DNA of 64,000 nt from Candidatus Spechtbacteria bacterium SB0662_bin_43 (GCA_009839835.1 VXOY01000010.1:4025-68024), one strand, 5' to 3'; positions 32,104 to 41,489 are shown, counted from the first letter of the stretch. Made by a program: numbers and translations. Notes: generated from the letters alone by a model not told the origin.

Positions 32104-32104
32104 C

Positions 32105-32989
32105 TTAATGTTCTGCTTCTGTTGTTGCAACTTGTATAAAGATAAGTGTGAGCATTGAGAATACCAACGCTTGGATAAATCCTACAAATATTTCTAATCC
32201 ATAAGACGGCAGTGGGGCAATATATGCTAATAGTCCCAATATACTGATAAGAAGAACTTCTCCTGCAAAGACATTCCCGAATAGACGAAAAGAGAACGAT
32301 ATAATTTTTGATAGTTCTCCAAAAAGCTCCAAGATGCCCACAAAAAAAAGGATAGGGCTTGCAAACGTGATGTATTTACTCAGGTGTGCCTTTTTCCCAA
32401 TAGCCCTAATAGCAAAGAAATGGGTTGCTACCACTGATATGGCTGCTAACGCAAGGGTCATATTGAGGTCAGCGTACGTAGAACGAAACAGATGAACAGC
32501 TTCTCCGTCTTGATTAACAACATCAATACTACCAACACCAGGAAGAAGCCCTAACCAGTTTGAAAGCAAGATAAAGAGAAAAAAAGTCGCGATAAGAGGG
32601 AATGCTTGCTCTGCTTTGCGGCGAGACCCTAAAATACCGGTCATAAAATTAAGACCGGACTCAACGATTGTTTCTCCAATGTTTTGCAACGTGTGGGGTA
32701 CAAAACGGATACGATAGGTAATCAGTATCCCTATAACAATAAGGAGAGCAATAGTTACCCAGCTCATTATGAGCGAGTTTGTTATTGGAAAAGACCCTAT
32801 AGTAGCAATTGTGTCTGCGTAAAGATGTGGCTTAGGCGTATCTGGTCGCGGGGGAAAAATAGCAAATGAAATCAGTAGTAAAAGACCAATAGCAAGAGGA
32901 ATCTTCGGTATGTCAGAAAAAGTTCTGGGTATGCTCATTTGTGCAAGGAAAATATAACGGATAATAAGCGAAAAATCGTGATTCAGCAA
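32105..32989 (-). CDS. atpB: F-type ATP synthase subunit a
   Basis: Polytopic membrane protein with conserved R in LSFRLFGNVFAGEVLL. Confidence 0.9.
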   Translation of the reverse strand: MLNHDFSLIIRYIFLAQMSIPRTFSDIPKIPLAIGLLLLISFAIFPPRPDTPKPHLYADTIATIGSFPITNSLIMSWVTIALLIVIGILITYRIRFVPHTLQNIGETIVESGLNFMTGILGSRRKAEQAFPLIATFFLFILLSNWLGLLPGVGSIDVVNQDGEAVHLFRSTYADLNMTLALAAISVVATHFFAIRAIGKKAHLSKYITFASPILFFVGILELFGELSKIISFSFRLFGNVFAGEVLLISILGLLAYIAPLPSYGLEIFVGFIQALVFSMLTLIFIQVATTEAEH

Positions 32990-33126
32990 TACCTATTTAT
33001 TTTACAGAGCAATAGTTTCATTTGTCAATACCTCTTTTTTCACATGGTTAGGGTTTTATTTCTATTCAAGCGTCTTTGAGAAATAAAAAAGTTGTGTATT
33101 TTTGTGTTGCATGGTATAGTGAAGGT

Positions 33127-33250
33127 ACTGATCGTTGTTCGCTCACGGTCAGTACCTCCTTCCAGCCGCCCCACTTCTTTCACTTCCTGCTGTGTGACAG
33201 GAGTGGGGTGGCGCATCTTTCTAATACACACCCTTTGATGGGTGTTTTTT
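33127..33250 (+). ncRNA. Candidate small structured RNA (promoter-to-terminator unit, ~124 nt)
   Basis: TTGTGT(33092)-17 nt with TGn-TATAGT(33115-20) extended -10. Two long hairpins: gaaggtactgatcg...ggtcagtacctcc; ccccacttctttcacttcctg-ctgtgtga-caggagtgggg. Terminator acaccc-tttgat-gggtgt-tttttt (33228-50). Could alternatively be the atp-operon leader read on the other strand. Confidence 0.3.
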
Positions 33251-33289
33251 GTTGAAGTTGAGAAAGTGAGCCAAAAAAGATTTTACTAC

Positions 33290-33408
33290 ACAGCGACCTC
33301 TAAAAGATTTTTTCTGTGCTAAACCGATTACCGCTAACCACCAGAAAAAACGTTTTTCGGTCGCTGATGGTGGTAGTTGAGGTATAAAAAGTAAAATCCT
33401 TTTTTTGG
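33290..33408. repeat. Family-A intergenic structured repeat, copy 1 (~88% identical to copy at 62466)
   Basis: acagcgacctctaaaagattttttctg...cagaaaaaacgtttttcggtcgctg with imperfect long stem, then conserved tataaaaagtaaaatccttttttt module. Confidence 0.6.
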
Positions 33409-33441
33409 TTTCTTTTCAGCTAACCATCTTATACGTAAAAA

Positions 33442-34053
33442 TTGTATTTTGTTTATTGGGGCAGAGATATAGTATATAATAAAACTATGAAAATGACGCA
33501 GCGAATGTACGATGCGGTAAACACTGTGGCAATTCTCCATAATGGTCAGTATCGCAAAGACAAGGTAACACCGTTTATAACCCATCCATTTTTTGTTGGT
33601 ATGGTGTTGTCTCGTTACACAGACGATGAAGACGTCGTGATAGCTGGTTTGTTTCACGATGTTTTAGAGGATGTCCCAGGGCAGACGCGAGACCATATTG
33701 CAAGCGGTTTTGGTGATAGGATTGCGGATATTGTTGTGGGCGTAACGCACAATACAGAGATTGATTGGAAAACAAGCCGTACAGATTATTTGGATATGCT
33801 TCGTTCTGGCAGTGAGGAATCGTTGATGGTTGCGTGTGCAGACAAAATACACAACATCACCTCACATATTGAGGGTGTTCGCAAAGGAGGAGAGCAATTT
33901 TGGAGTTATTTTTCAGCACCAAAACAAGAGTATAAGTGGTTCTACGAATCCACGCTTTCTATTGCTCAAGATCGGTTAAAGAACCCAATCGTTGATGAAC
34001 TGCGCGGCGTGGTCCAACGAGCAAATGAGGAAATTTTTGCGCCCAGCGAGTGA
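33442..34053 (+). CDS. HD-domain phosphohydrolase (RelA/SpoT-hydrolase-like); likely start Met 33487
   Basis: ITHPFFVGMVL...AGLFHDVLED (H...HD motif of (p)ppGpp-hydrolase-type HD domains). Confidence 0.7.
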   Translation: MYFVYWGRDIVYNKTMKMTQRMYDAVNTVAILHNGQYRKDKVTPFITHPFFVGMVLSRYTDDEDVVIAGLFHDVLEDVPGQTRDHIASGFGDRIADIVVGVTHNTEIDWKTSRTDYLDMLRSGSEESLMVACADKIHNITSHIEGVRKGGEQFWSYFSAPKQEYKWFYESTLSIAQDRLKNPIVDELRGVVQRANEEIFAPSE

Positions 34054-34056
34054 TGT

Positions 34057-34512
34057 ATGGGAAAAAGCGTCCGTTATGATACATCCTTTGGCGTTGTCCC
34101 TGTGTTGCAAGAGCAAGCAGAGTGGTATTTTCTTCTCATACAACACCAGACAAGCGACCCTTCCGAAAAAGGGCACTGGTCATTTCCAAAGGGACATAAG
34201 GAGAGTGGCGAAACAGACATTGAAACAGCAGTTCGGGAATTGAAAGAGGAAACAGGCATCGTTGATATGAGGCTGCACGATGAATGTGTTTTTGAGGAGC
34301 GTTACTCGTTTTGTGTTGATGGCATAGATGTGTATAAAACGGTAGTGTATTTTTTGTGCGTTGTAAAAAATCGCAACGTCGCTATTCAGATAGACGAAGT
34401 TGCAGACTATCAATGGGTTGCGTACGAAGACGCCTTACAAAAAGCGTCTTACGATAACACGCGAAACATTATTACGCAGGTGAATCGTGTTTTGCGCACA
34501 GGAAGTTTTTAA
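34057..34512 (+). CDS. NUDIX hydrolase
   Basis: Nudix box GHWSFPKGHKESGETDIETAVRELKEETGI. Confidence 0.85.
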   Translation: MGKSVRYDTSFGVVPVLQEQAEWYFLLIQHQTSDPSEKGHWSFPKGHKESGETDIETAVRELKEETGIVDMRLHDECVFEERYSFCVDGIDVYKTVVYFLCVVKNRNVAIQIDEVADYQWVAYEDALQKASYDNTRNIITQVNRVLRTGSF

Positions 34513-34550
34513 GAGTATGGTAAAATACTATAACAGTAGCAGCGTGAGTA

Positions 34551-35366
34551 ATGTGCAGTATGGTAAAGAAAAAAGAAACGAAAAAACAGAAGAAAACAAC
34601 ATCACATAGTTCTTCACAGAAACACAAACCTGTTCGCAAGAAAAAGACATTGTTCAAGCCATCTCTCCAGAAAGACATATCACAGCACGACCTTACCAGC
34701 ATTGAACAGATTACCAATATGATATTTGGGAGAGATTCGAGGATTGCTCGGTCGCTCCGTATTTTTTGGGAGACAAGGCGAGGGTTTCTTTTTTTGAGGC
34801 AATACAGGAAATCTGCAACATTTTTTGGGTCTGCGCGCGACCACCTTCCTCCAAGAATGTACACAGAAGCAACACAGTTGGCGCGCATGTTGGCTGATGA
34901 TAACTACGCTATTATCACTGGAGGAGGTGGAGGAATTATGGAGGCGGCAAATAAAGGGGCGTTTGAATCGGGTGGTAGGTCGGTTGGTCTGAATATAGAG
35001 TTGAAAAACGGACAGCGACAGAACGTGTACATCAATGAAGGTATGCCGTTTCACTACTTTTTTATCCGCAAATTAATGTTAGCGTTCTCATCAAAAATCT
35101 ACATCTTTTTTCCTGGTGGGTTTGGGACAATGGACGAGTTTTTTGAAATCGTGACGCTCATACAGACAGAAAAAATAGAAGATCCCATTCCCGTAGTAGT
35201 AGTAGGGAAAGAGTTCTGGAGCCCGCTGCTTGAATGGGTTGATAACCATCTGTACGAACGATTTGGAACAATTAGTAGAGACGACCAAAAAATATATACC
35301 CTGGTTGATAGTGCTGAAGAAGCGTACAAAGTTCTGCTTCAAAAGAAAAAATCAAAAAAGAAATAA
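34551..35366 (+). CDS. LOG-family protein (TIGR00730 Rossmann-fold nucleotide-binding / cytokinin-riboside-monophosphate phosphoribohydrolase-like); N-terminal basic extension, possible later start at 34719
   Basis: IITGGGGGIMEAANKGA and FPGGFGTMDEFFE LOG signature blocks. Confidence 0.75.
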   Translation: MCSMVKKKETKKQKKTTSHSSSQKHKPVRKKKTLFKPSLQKDISQHDLTSIEQITNMIFGRDSRIARSLRIFWETRRGFLFLRQYRKSATFFGSARDHLPPRMYTEATQLARMLADDNYAIITGGGGGIMEAANKGAFESGGRSVGLNIELKNGQRQNVYINEGMPFHYFFIRKLMLAFSSKIYIFFPGGFGTMDEFFEIVTLIQTEKIEDPIPVVVVGKEFWSPLLEWVDNHLYERFGTISRDDQKIYTLVDSAEEAYKVLLQKKKSKKK

Positions 35367-35375
35367 TAAAAATGT

Positions 35376-36398
35376 ATGTATGATACGCCCAAGATCATAG
35401 ATAAAAAAGTGTTGATAGCGCTTTGTTTCGTGCTTGTTGTTGGTGCAGGAGTTGCTATTAGTACGTTTGTGTTTTCTGAAGATACGAACGTATCTACCCG
35501 TGTCCCAGCAGGTGCTGTTCCCTCTGAAAATGTTGTTGGTAGCGATTCGCAAGAACAGGAAGCCAAACAACAACAAGGGGAAGATACCAATGACAATGGG
35601 AATAATACAGACCCACCAGAAAGCACTGAAGATGGAGACACGAATACGGTAGTGGATTCTGTCCGACCAACCACAACTGTACAAAATAATAACAATCCAT
35701 CTCCAATACCCGGGGATAGTTCTTCTGGTTTTGATGCTGCAAAGGTCATCAGCGCAACGAACGCGTATCGTGCGCAAAGAGGACTTGCTCCGTTGCGCTA
35801 TAACGAGGCGCTTGCACTATCTGCCAACAGAAAAGTTGATTTGATATTCCAAGAACAACACTTTGAACACAGATCCTTGAGCGGAAAAGAGGTAAGCGAT
35901 TTAATACAAGAAGCAGGGTACCAGTTTCTTGCTGTTGGAGAGAACTTGGCATTGGGCACCTACAGGAGCGAACAAGAAATTGTAGAATTGTGGATACAGT
36001 CTCCTGCGCACCATGCAATACTCGTAAGTCCTTATTTTGAAGACATAGCAATAGGCATCAAGCAAGGTGTGTTTGAGGGGCAACGTGTATGGGTAGCAGT
36101 GCAACATTTTGGTAGGCCAGCTGCGGCATGCGCTCCAGTTGCACCGCAACAAGCCCTCAAACAACGGATAGATAGTCAATCCGAACAGCTACGTGTCTGG
36201 GAGCAAGAGATACAGGAGAAACAAGCAGTGTTGAAGAAATACGCCCCATCGTATGGAGTAGAGTATAATCAGGTTGCTCGCGAATACGACTCATTGGTGC
36301 AACAGTATAACGCGTTATTGCAGGAGGCAAAACAGGCAATTAATACCTATAACAAACAAGCAAAAGCATATAACGACTGTATAAGCATGGGAGTATGA
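35376..36398 (+). CDS. Membrane-anchored CAP (SCP/PR-1-like) domain protein with C-terminal coiled coil
   Basis: N-terminal TM anchor. CAP blocks NAYRAQRGLAPLRYNEAL ... GENLALG ... WIQSPAHHAILVSPYFEDIAIG. Confidence 0.7.
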   Translation: MYDTPKIIDKKVLIALCFVLVVGAGVAISTFVFSEDTNVSTRVPAGAVPSENVVGSDSQEQEAKQQQGEDTNDNGNNTDPPESTEDGDTNTVVDSVRPTTTVQNNNNPSPIPGDSSSGFDAAKVISATNAYRAQRGLAPLRYNEALALSANRKVDLIFQEQHFEHRSLSGKEVSDLIQEAGYQFLAVGENLALGTYRSEQEIVELWIQSPAHHAILVSPYFEDIAIGIKQGVFEGQRVWVAVQHFGRPAAACAPVAPQQALKQRIDSQSEQLRVWEQEIQEKQAVLKKYAPSYGVEYNQVAREYDSLVQQYNALLQEAKQAINTYNKQAKAYNDCISMGV

Positions 36399-37219
36399 AC
36401 GCACAGGAACAACAATTTCACGCCTCTGTAATGGAATACTATCAGCAATACGGAAGGCACTCATTGCCCTGGCGAGTTGCACGCGGTACAGAAAGTATTA
36501 ATCCGTACTGTGTTGTGGTGTCAGAGTATATGCTCCAACAAACACAAGTTGCGCGGGTACTCACAAAATATCCGTTGTTTTTGTCCCGCTTCCCAACAGT
36601 AAATGCGTTGGCAGCAGCACCCCAGTCTGCAGTTGTGCGAGTGTGGCAGGGGTTAGGGTACAATAGGCGGGCAATAGCACTCCATAGAAGCGCATTACGA
36701 ATTGTTCAGGAGTATGGCGGTCGCATTCCTCGTGCGTATGAGGACTTGATTTCTTTGCCCGGTATTGGTCATGCAACTGCAGGAGCGATTCAAGCATTTG
36801 CTTTTAACAAGCCAGTTGTTTTCATTGAGACAAACATTCGGAGGGCATTCATTGACTTTTTCTTTACCTCCTCAGAAAACGTTGCAGACAAAGACATCAT
36901 GCCACTCGTAGAAAAAACACAAGGCAACGTGTCGTCACGGGAGTGGTACTACGCCTTGATGGATTACGGAGCCTTTCTATCAAAACAGAAAAACAACCCG
37001 AACCGCAAAAGCGCTCACTACTCTTTGCAATCACCATTTGAGGGGTCAAATCGGCAATTGCGCGCCGCAACCATTCGTATGCTCCTTGATAGGCCACGAT
37101 CGCGAGATGATATTGTAGAAACGCTGTCTGTTGCAGAAGATCGTATGGAAACTATCCTTTTTTCGCTCCAAAAAGACGGCTTTATTCGGCAAGACGCTAC
37201 GATGATTTTTCTGGTGTAG
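36395..37219 (+). CDS. MutY-family A/G-specific adenine glycosylase-like HhH-GPD protein (short, no NUDIX-like C-domain)
   Basis: LPWRVARGTESINPYCVVVSEYMLQQTQVARV and LPGIGHATAGAI (HhH) blocks. Confidence 0.7.
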   Translation: MNAQEQQFHASVMEYYQQYGRHSLPWRVARGTESINPYCVVVSEYMLQQTQVARVLTKYPLFLSRFPTVNALAAAPQSAVVRVWQGLGYNRRAIALHRSALRIVQEYGGRIPRAYEDLISLPGIGHATAGAIQAFAFNKPVVFIETNIRRAFIDFFFTSSENVADKDIMPLVEKTQGNVSSREWYYALMDYGAFLSKQKNNPNRKSAHYSLQSPFEGSNRQLRAATIRMLLDRPRSRDDIVETLSVAEDRMETILFSLQKDGFIRQDATMIFLV

Positions 37220-37337
37220 GTTATGTGATTAAACCAGCAATGAAAATAAGTGCAAGATTGTTTTTCTGGTGATATGGTGTATAGTAGGTAAGGTATCCGT
37301 TGTGTTCTCATGAGCACCACAAGAAAGGAGTTTTGCA

Positions 37338-37634
37338 ATGGATGTGCCCCTTCTGATGTACCTGGTCATGGTACCAGTCTCGGTGCTCGTCGTATCCTTT
37401 ATGGGATTCGCAGGGTTGTCGCTTCGGTACGAACAGCGGCACACCAAGGTCAAGGCAGCCGTGTCGTTCTTGTTGATCGGCTCGCTCACCTTTCTGGGCC
37501 CAGTTATCGGAGGAGTGGTGGACGTTGCATATCTTCCCATATTGTACATCCCCTGTATCGCAGGGTGGTGCACGATGTGTATCGCAGCATTCGCTCCTCA
37601 TCCGTACGACATCGTGCGCATGGTGTCGCGTTGA
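37338..37634 (+). CDS. Small GC-rich membrane protein (98 aa), GAAAGGAG leader
   Basis: Three hydrophobic segments; ORF ends 4 nt before a strong terminator; ~58% GC. Confidence 0.5.
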   Translation: MDVPLLMYLVMVPVSVLVVSFMGFAGLSLRYEQRHTKVKAAVSFLLIGSLTFLGPVIGGVVDVAYLPILYIPCIAGWCTMCIAAFAPHPYDIVRMVSR

Positions 37635-37638
37635 GGAC

Positions 37639-37681
37639 GGCTCCTATTGAGTACCCGCTGTACTCAATAGGAGCCTTTTTG
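37639..37681 (+). terminator. Rho-independent terminator
   Basis: ggctcctattgagtac-ccgctg-tactcaataggagcc-tttttg. Confidence 0.7.
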
Positions 37682-37784
37682 TATCATAATAATAGTGTGT
37701 GTATCACAGAAATTTCTCTCTTGCCCTCCCTCCAAGTGCTTTTTTGAGTGCGTATTATAGGAAGTAGTGGCGTGATTTTTACCT

Positions 37785-39116
37785 ATGCTGTGGGCAAATA
37801 TATGTTCTACGGGGTGTATTGGTGTGTTGCTTGGAGTTTTCCTTGCTTCATTTTTCAACATTCATAGCGTTGCTATTGCACTTCTTTTTTGTGCTGCATC
37901 GTTTGGATGCTTGCTCTTCTGGAACAATGAGAAAATACGGTATGGATCCATTGTGCTGGTCGCAAGTTGCGCAGGCATAGTTTTGTATTACCACGCAACA
38001 GTATCTATTTTGGAAGGAGATATTGCTGCACCACAAGACCCTGTATCGTTCTATGGACATATTGAAGATGTTGATCGCCGAAGCAATGGGAGGGTATTTT
38101 TGCGAGTCGAGCCCCAGGATACCCTACAGTACCCTGTACGAATCACAACGTACAACGATACCCGCGCTTTTGCTGTTGGCGACAAGGTGCAGGTTCAGGG
38201 GGTGCTCGAGGTTCCGCAGTCATTCAATGGTTTTGATTATCGCGGGTATTTGGCAAAAGAGGGTATTGCGTTTGTTGCGGCATCACCTACGATTGTTGAG
38301 GTAGGTGACAGGAAGAAGAATGTAGCAACTGTACTTTTTGATATACGAATGGAGATGGCGCGCGGATTAGAAAAGATGCTTCCGCCTGACAATGCCGCGT
38401 TATACAAGGCAATGCTATTGGGGCAGAGGGGTGATATATCGCGCACAAAACAGGATGCAATACGAGGCGCTGGGTTGAGCCACATTGTTGCTATATCAGG
38501 TCTCCATATCGCTCTGCTTTTTGGTATTGTGTTTATCGTGCTGTCGCTTGTACCTGTACACCGTACTGTTGTAGGAGCGGTTGCAGTCCTTTGTATTGCG
38601 TTCTACATTATGATGATTGGTGCGCCTGCAAGCGCTGTACGCGCAGGCTTGATGATAGGCGCTCTGCTCCTTGCTTCAACGGTTGGTCGTCCCAATGTGC
38701 CGTACCGAGTACTGCTCCTTGTTGCCACAATTATGGTGTGTTTCAATCCTCTTATTGTGCGGTACGACATCGGGTTTCAGCTCTCGTTTGCCGCAGTTGC
38801 CGCGATTTTGTTTGTCGTGGGTAGTCGCACCTTGTCTTCTGCCTTAAGAACGTATGACCTCTTCAACATCCGTTCGTTTCTCCTTGTAACAGTTGCTGCG
38901 TACCTTGCGACATTTCCTCTCGTACTCTTACATTTTGACGATGTTGCAGAGTGGGGGATTATCGCGAACATACTTGTTGTTCCTCTCATTCCTGCTCTCT
39001 TGGTTGCGGGCATTATTGTCGCATTGCTTGGAGTCATTGGTGCTCCTGCGCTCCTTGCAGCACCTGCATTTTCACTATCGTGGTACGTTTTAGAAATTGC
39101 ACAATGGCTTTCGTAA
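37785..39116 (+). CDS. comEC: ComEC/Rec2 competence channel protein, membrane part (DUF4131 + competence domain)
   Basis: Polytopic. LLGQRGDISRTKQDAIRGAGLSHIVAISGLHIALLFGIV competence-domain block. Confidence 0.8.
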   Translation: MLWANICSTGCIGVLLGVFLASFFNIHSVAIALLFCAASFGCLLFWNNEKIRYGSIVLVASCAGIVLYYHATVSILEGDIAAPQDPVSFYGHIEDVDRRSNGRVFLRVEPQDTLQYPVRITTYNDTRAFAVGDKVQVQGVLEVPQSFNGFDYRGYLAKEGIAFVAASPTIVEVGDRKKNVATVLFDIRMEMARGLEKMLPPDNAALYKAMLLGQRGDISRTKQDAIRGAGLSHIVAISGLHIALLFGIVFIVLSLVPVHRTVVGAVAVLCIAFYIMMIGAPASAVRAGLMIGALLLASTVGRPNVPYRVLLLVATIMVCFNPLIVRYDIGFQLSFAAVAAILFVVGSRTLSSALRTYDLFNIRSFLLVTVAAYLATFPLVLLHFDDVAEWGIIANILVVPLIPALLVAGIIVALLGVIGAPALLAAPAFSLSWYVLEIAQWLS

Positions 39117-39937
39117 AGAACCATCTTTTGTTTTTCATAGCACTGCTTGCATTTGTTGCCGTGAGTCTGTTTGCGTTTGTCGTAAATACCCGTGACCCTG
39201 AGTTAGTGGTTCATTTTTTGAACGTTGGTCAGGGTGATGCTATTTTTGTGGAGATGCCAACAGGGCACACCCTCCTTATAGATGGAGGGTTGTCAGGCAG
39301 CGAAACAGCATATATCATTGGTTCACTACTGCCATTTTATGAACGAGATATAGATGTGGTGATAGCAACGCATCTGGACAGCGACCATATTGGAGGTTTA
39401 ATTTCTGTGCTTTCGTATTTTGATATTGGGACAATTGTTGTTCCGCAGCGAAGAGGGGATACCACAGTGTTGTCTTCATTTTGGTATATGGTTGATAAGG
39501 AGCAGAGCAATGTTGTTACAGGAGAGCAAGGGATGAAAATAGCGTTTGGAGACGATATTGTTTTAGAAATTCTCTCACCTGCGAGCGATGGATTGTATTT
39601 TTCAGAAAATCAGAGTTCAATTGTTGCAAAACTATCGTACAAGAACGACTCATTCCTTTTTACAGGCGACATAGACCAGCGTATTGAGAGAAGTCTACTT
39701 GCGCGCACCATTGATGTATCTGCCGATGTTTTGAAAGTTGCCCATCACGGTAGCGCCTCATCCAGCCTCCCTGCGTTCATTGAAGCTGTCTCGCCAACAA
39801 TAGCCGTCATACAAGTAGGCAAAAACTCGTATGGACACCCACACAAAGACGTTATCTACACCCTCAAAGACACAACCATCCTCCGCAACGACATCCACGG
39901 ACATATTTCTATAAAAAGTAATGGCAATTCGCTGTGA
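39104..39937 (+). CDS. ComEC C-terminal-type metallo-beta-lactamase-fold protein encoded as a separate gene (own TM anchor)
   Basis: MAFVKNHLLFFIALLAFVAVSLF anchor. MBL blocks VHFLNVGQGDAIFVE ... ATHLDSDHIGGL ... KVAHHGSASS. 13-nt overlap with upstream ORF, different frame. Confidence 0.75.
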   Translation: MAFVKNHLLFFIALLAFVAVSLFAFVVNTRDPELVVHFLNVGQGDAIFVEMPTGHTLLIDGGLSGSETAYIIGSLLPFYERDIDVVIATHLDSDHIGGLISVLSYFDIGTIVVPQRRGDTTVLSSFWYMVDKEQSNVVTGEQGMKIAFGDDIVLEILSPASDGLYFSENQSSIVAKLSYKNDSFLFTGDIDQRIERSLLARTIDVSADVLKVAHHGSASSSLPAFIEAVSPTIAVIQVGKNSYGHPHKDVIYTLKDTTILRNDIHGHISIKSNGNSL

Positions 39938-40046
39938 GAGAAAATGCGTTTGCTGGGTTAGTTCTTATGCAGCTGTGGTGTAGTGCGTAATCACACCGTG
40001 TTTCGTCTTTCTTTTGAGTCTCAAAATAGGATGAATGAGTAGGGGC

Positions 40047-40075
40047 TTGCAATTCGCAACCAAGTTGCGTATAAT
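40047..40075 (+). promoter_or_regulatory. Sigma70-type promoter (TTGCAA-17-TATAAT) giving a leaderless transcript, with embedded palindrome (candidate Fur-family operator)
   Basis: -35 40047-52, -10 40070-75, ATG at 40082 (TSS about +7 after -10). Spacer contains cgcaac-caa-gttgcg (40055-69). Confidence 0.5.
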
Positions 40076-40081
40076 ACTAAT

Positions 40082-40513
40082 ATGCTTACAATGATAGACA
40101 ATACGTTCCAAGAAATAAGAGCCCAAGGTAAAAAACTTACCAAAACACGTAGGGCTGTTATCAAGATGCTCTGTCGTTCACATCGCTTACTCACCGCCCC
40201 TGAGATACAGGAAAAGCTGAATCAGCAAGGTATTTCTGTCAATAAAACTTCTGTATATAGAGAACTGGAATTCTTAACGAGTCAAAAAGTTATACAGCAA
40301 GTGAGTATCAGCCCAGGGGTAACTCATTATGAGTCAGCCCTTCGTTCTCACCACCATCATCTCGTATGTACTGGCTGCGGAGATGCTACAGACATTGACA
40401 CGAAAGAGCTTGAAAAACACGTACAGAATATACAGACCAAGGCACAACAGCAAGGGTTCAGAGTACGAGACCATTCATTAGAATTTTATGGTCTGTGCGC
40501 CAATTGTAAATAA
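40082..40513 (+). CDS. Fur-family metalloregulator (Fur/Zur/PerR)
   Basis: wHTH region TAPEIQEKLNQQGISVNKTSVYRELEFL. Metal site HHHHLVCTGCG ... CANC. Confidence 0.8.
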   Translation: MLTMIDNTFQEIRAQGKKLTKTRRAVIKMLCRSHRLLTAPEIQEKLNQQGISVNKTSVYRELEFLTSQKVIQQVSISPGVTHYESALRSHHHHLVCTGCGDATDIDTKELEKHVQNIQTKAQQQGFRVRDHSLEFYGLCANCK

Positions 40514-40538
40514 TAATAATAATTAAATAATCATTACT

Positions 40539-41486
40539 ATGAGAATAGCATTTGTCGGCAAAGGTGGATCGGGTAAAAGTACCTTTTCAGCTTTGTTTTT
40601 CTTACACCTCATTAAAAATAATCACAACGTCATGTGTTTTGACGCTGATTTAAATATTCATGTACCTCAATTATTAGGAATGGATTTTCCAGAAAAAAAG
40701 TCTCTCTCATCAAATGAAAACACCAAGAGAGTTAAGGAGTACCTCATTGGAGAAAGCAAAAAAATCGCCTCCCCAGATTACTTCCAAAAAACCACCCCTC
40801 CCTCGCGTGGTGTTAACCTCTTTGAGCTCACGCCTGAAAATGAGATTATTGCATCATTTACAGAACCTTACAGCACTGGTTATGTAGCTATTGTTGGCAC
40901 GTACGAAGAAGATGAAATCGGGAGAAGTTGTTATCACACTAATTTGTCAATCTTAGAAAACATTTTGACCTTTGCCAAATTACAAGACGAAGACTGGATA
41001 ATAACTGATATGGTTGCTGGTATTGACGCCTTTTCCAATACCTTACACAAACAGTACGACGCACTCTTTTTGATCGTTGAGCCTACACAAGAGAGTATCG
41101 CTGTGTACGATCAATACAAAAAATTGGCGCAGCACGCTGGAATCAACGACCGCTTGTATGTTGTAGGAAACAAAATTGAAGACGAAGACGACGAGCAGTT
41201 TATCGCTGAGAATATTGATGACGGACACTACGTTGGCTCTCTCAAAAAAAGCAGCGCGCTCAAAAAATTGCGACAAAAAGGAGACCCGCTGACACCTGAT
41301 ATCTTTTCATATCTGGATGAATCCCTGTTTGAAAAACTCACAGAAATAAGCAAGAGAATGAAAAAGGATCCAAATACCAGATTAGAGGAGTTGTATCAAT
41401 TACACCTTAAGTATATTGACCAAGATTATATTAGGAACACAGTGGGTGATTTGTCCACTCAAATAGATGAGGAATTTGAGTTTTGA
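40539..41486 (+). CDS. MinD/ParA-superfamily P-loop ATPase (CooC/metallochaperone-like)
   Basis: Deviant Walker A IAFVGKGGSGKST followed by CFDADLN. Confidence 0.65.
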   Translation: MRIAFVGKGGSGKSTFSALFFLHLIKNNHNVMCFDADLNIHVPQLLGMDFPEKKSLSSNENTKRVKEYLIGESKKIASPDYFQKTTPPSRGVNLFELTPENEIIASFTEPYSTGYVAIVGTYEEDEIGRSCYHTNLSILENILTFAKLQDEDWIITDMVAGIDAFSNTLHKQYDALFLIVEPTQESIAVYDQYKKLAQHAGINDRLYVVGNKIEDEDDEQFIAENIDDGHYVGSLKKSSALKKLRQKGDPLTPDIFSYLDESLFEKLTEISKRMKKDPNTRLEELYQLHLKYIDQDYIRNTVGDLSTQIDEEFEF

Positions 41487-41489
41487 TAT

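Noticed and set aside
33040-33231. 63-aa minus-strand ORF upstream of atpB (possible AtpI/AtpZ).
   Set aside because: It has no hydrophobic segments expected for AtpI/AtpZ and coincides with the hairpin-rich leader/sRNA candidate.
33127-33250. Possibility that the sRNA candidate is SRP (4.5S) RNA because of GGUCAG and GGAAGGA-like strings.
   Set aside because: Neither hairpin has the GNRA (GGAA) apical loop flanked by the conserved symmetric-loop nucleotides of SRP helix 8. Resemblance is limited to short strings on the wrong sides of the stem.
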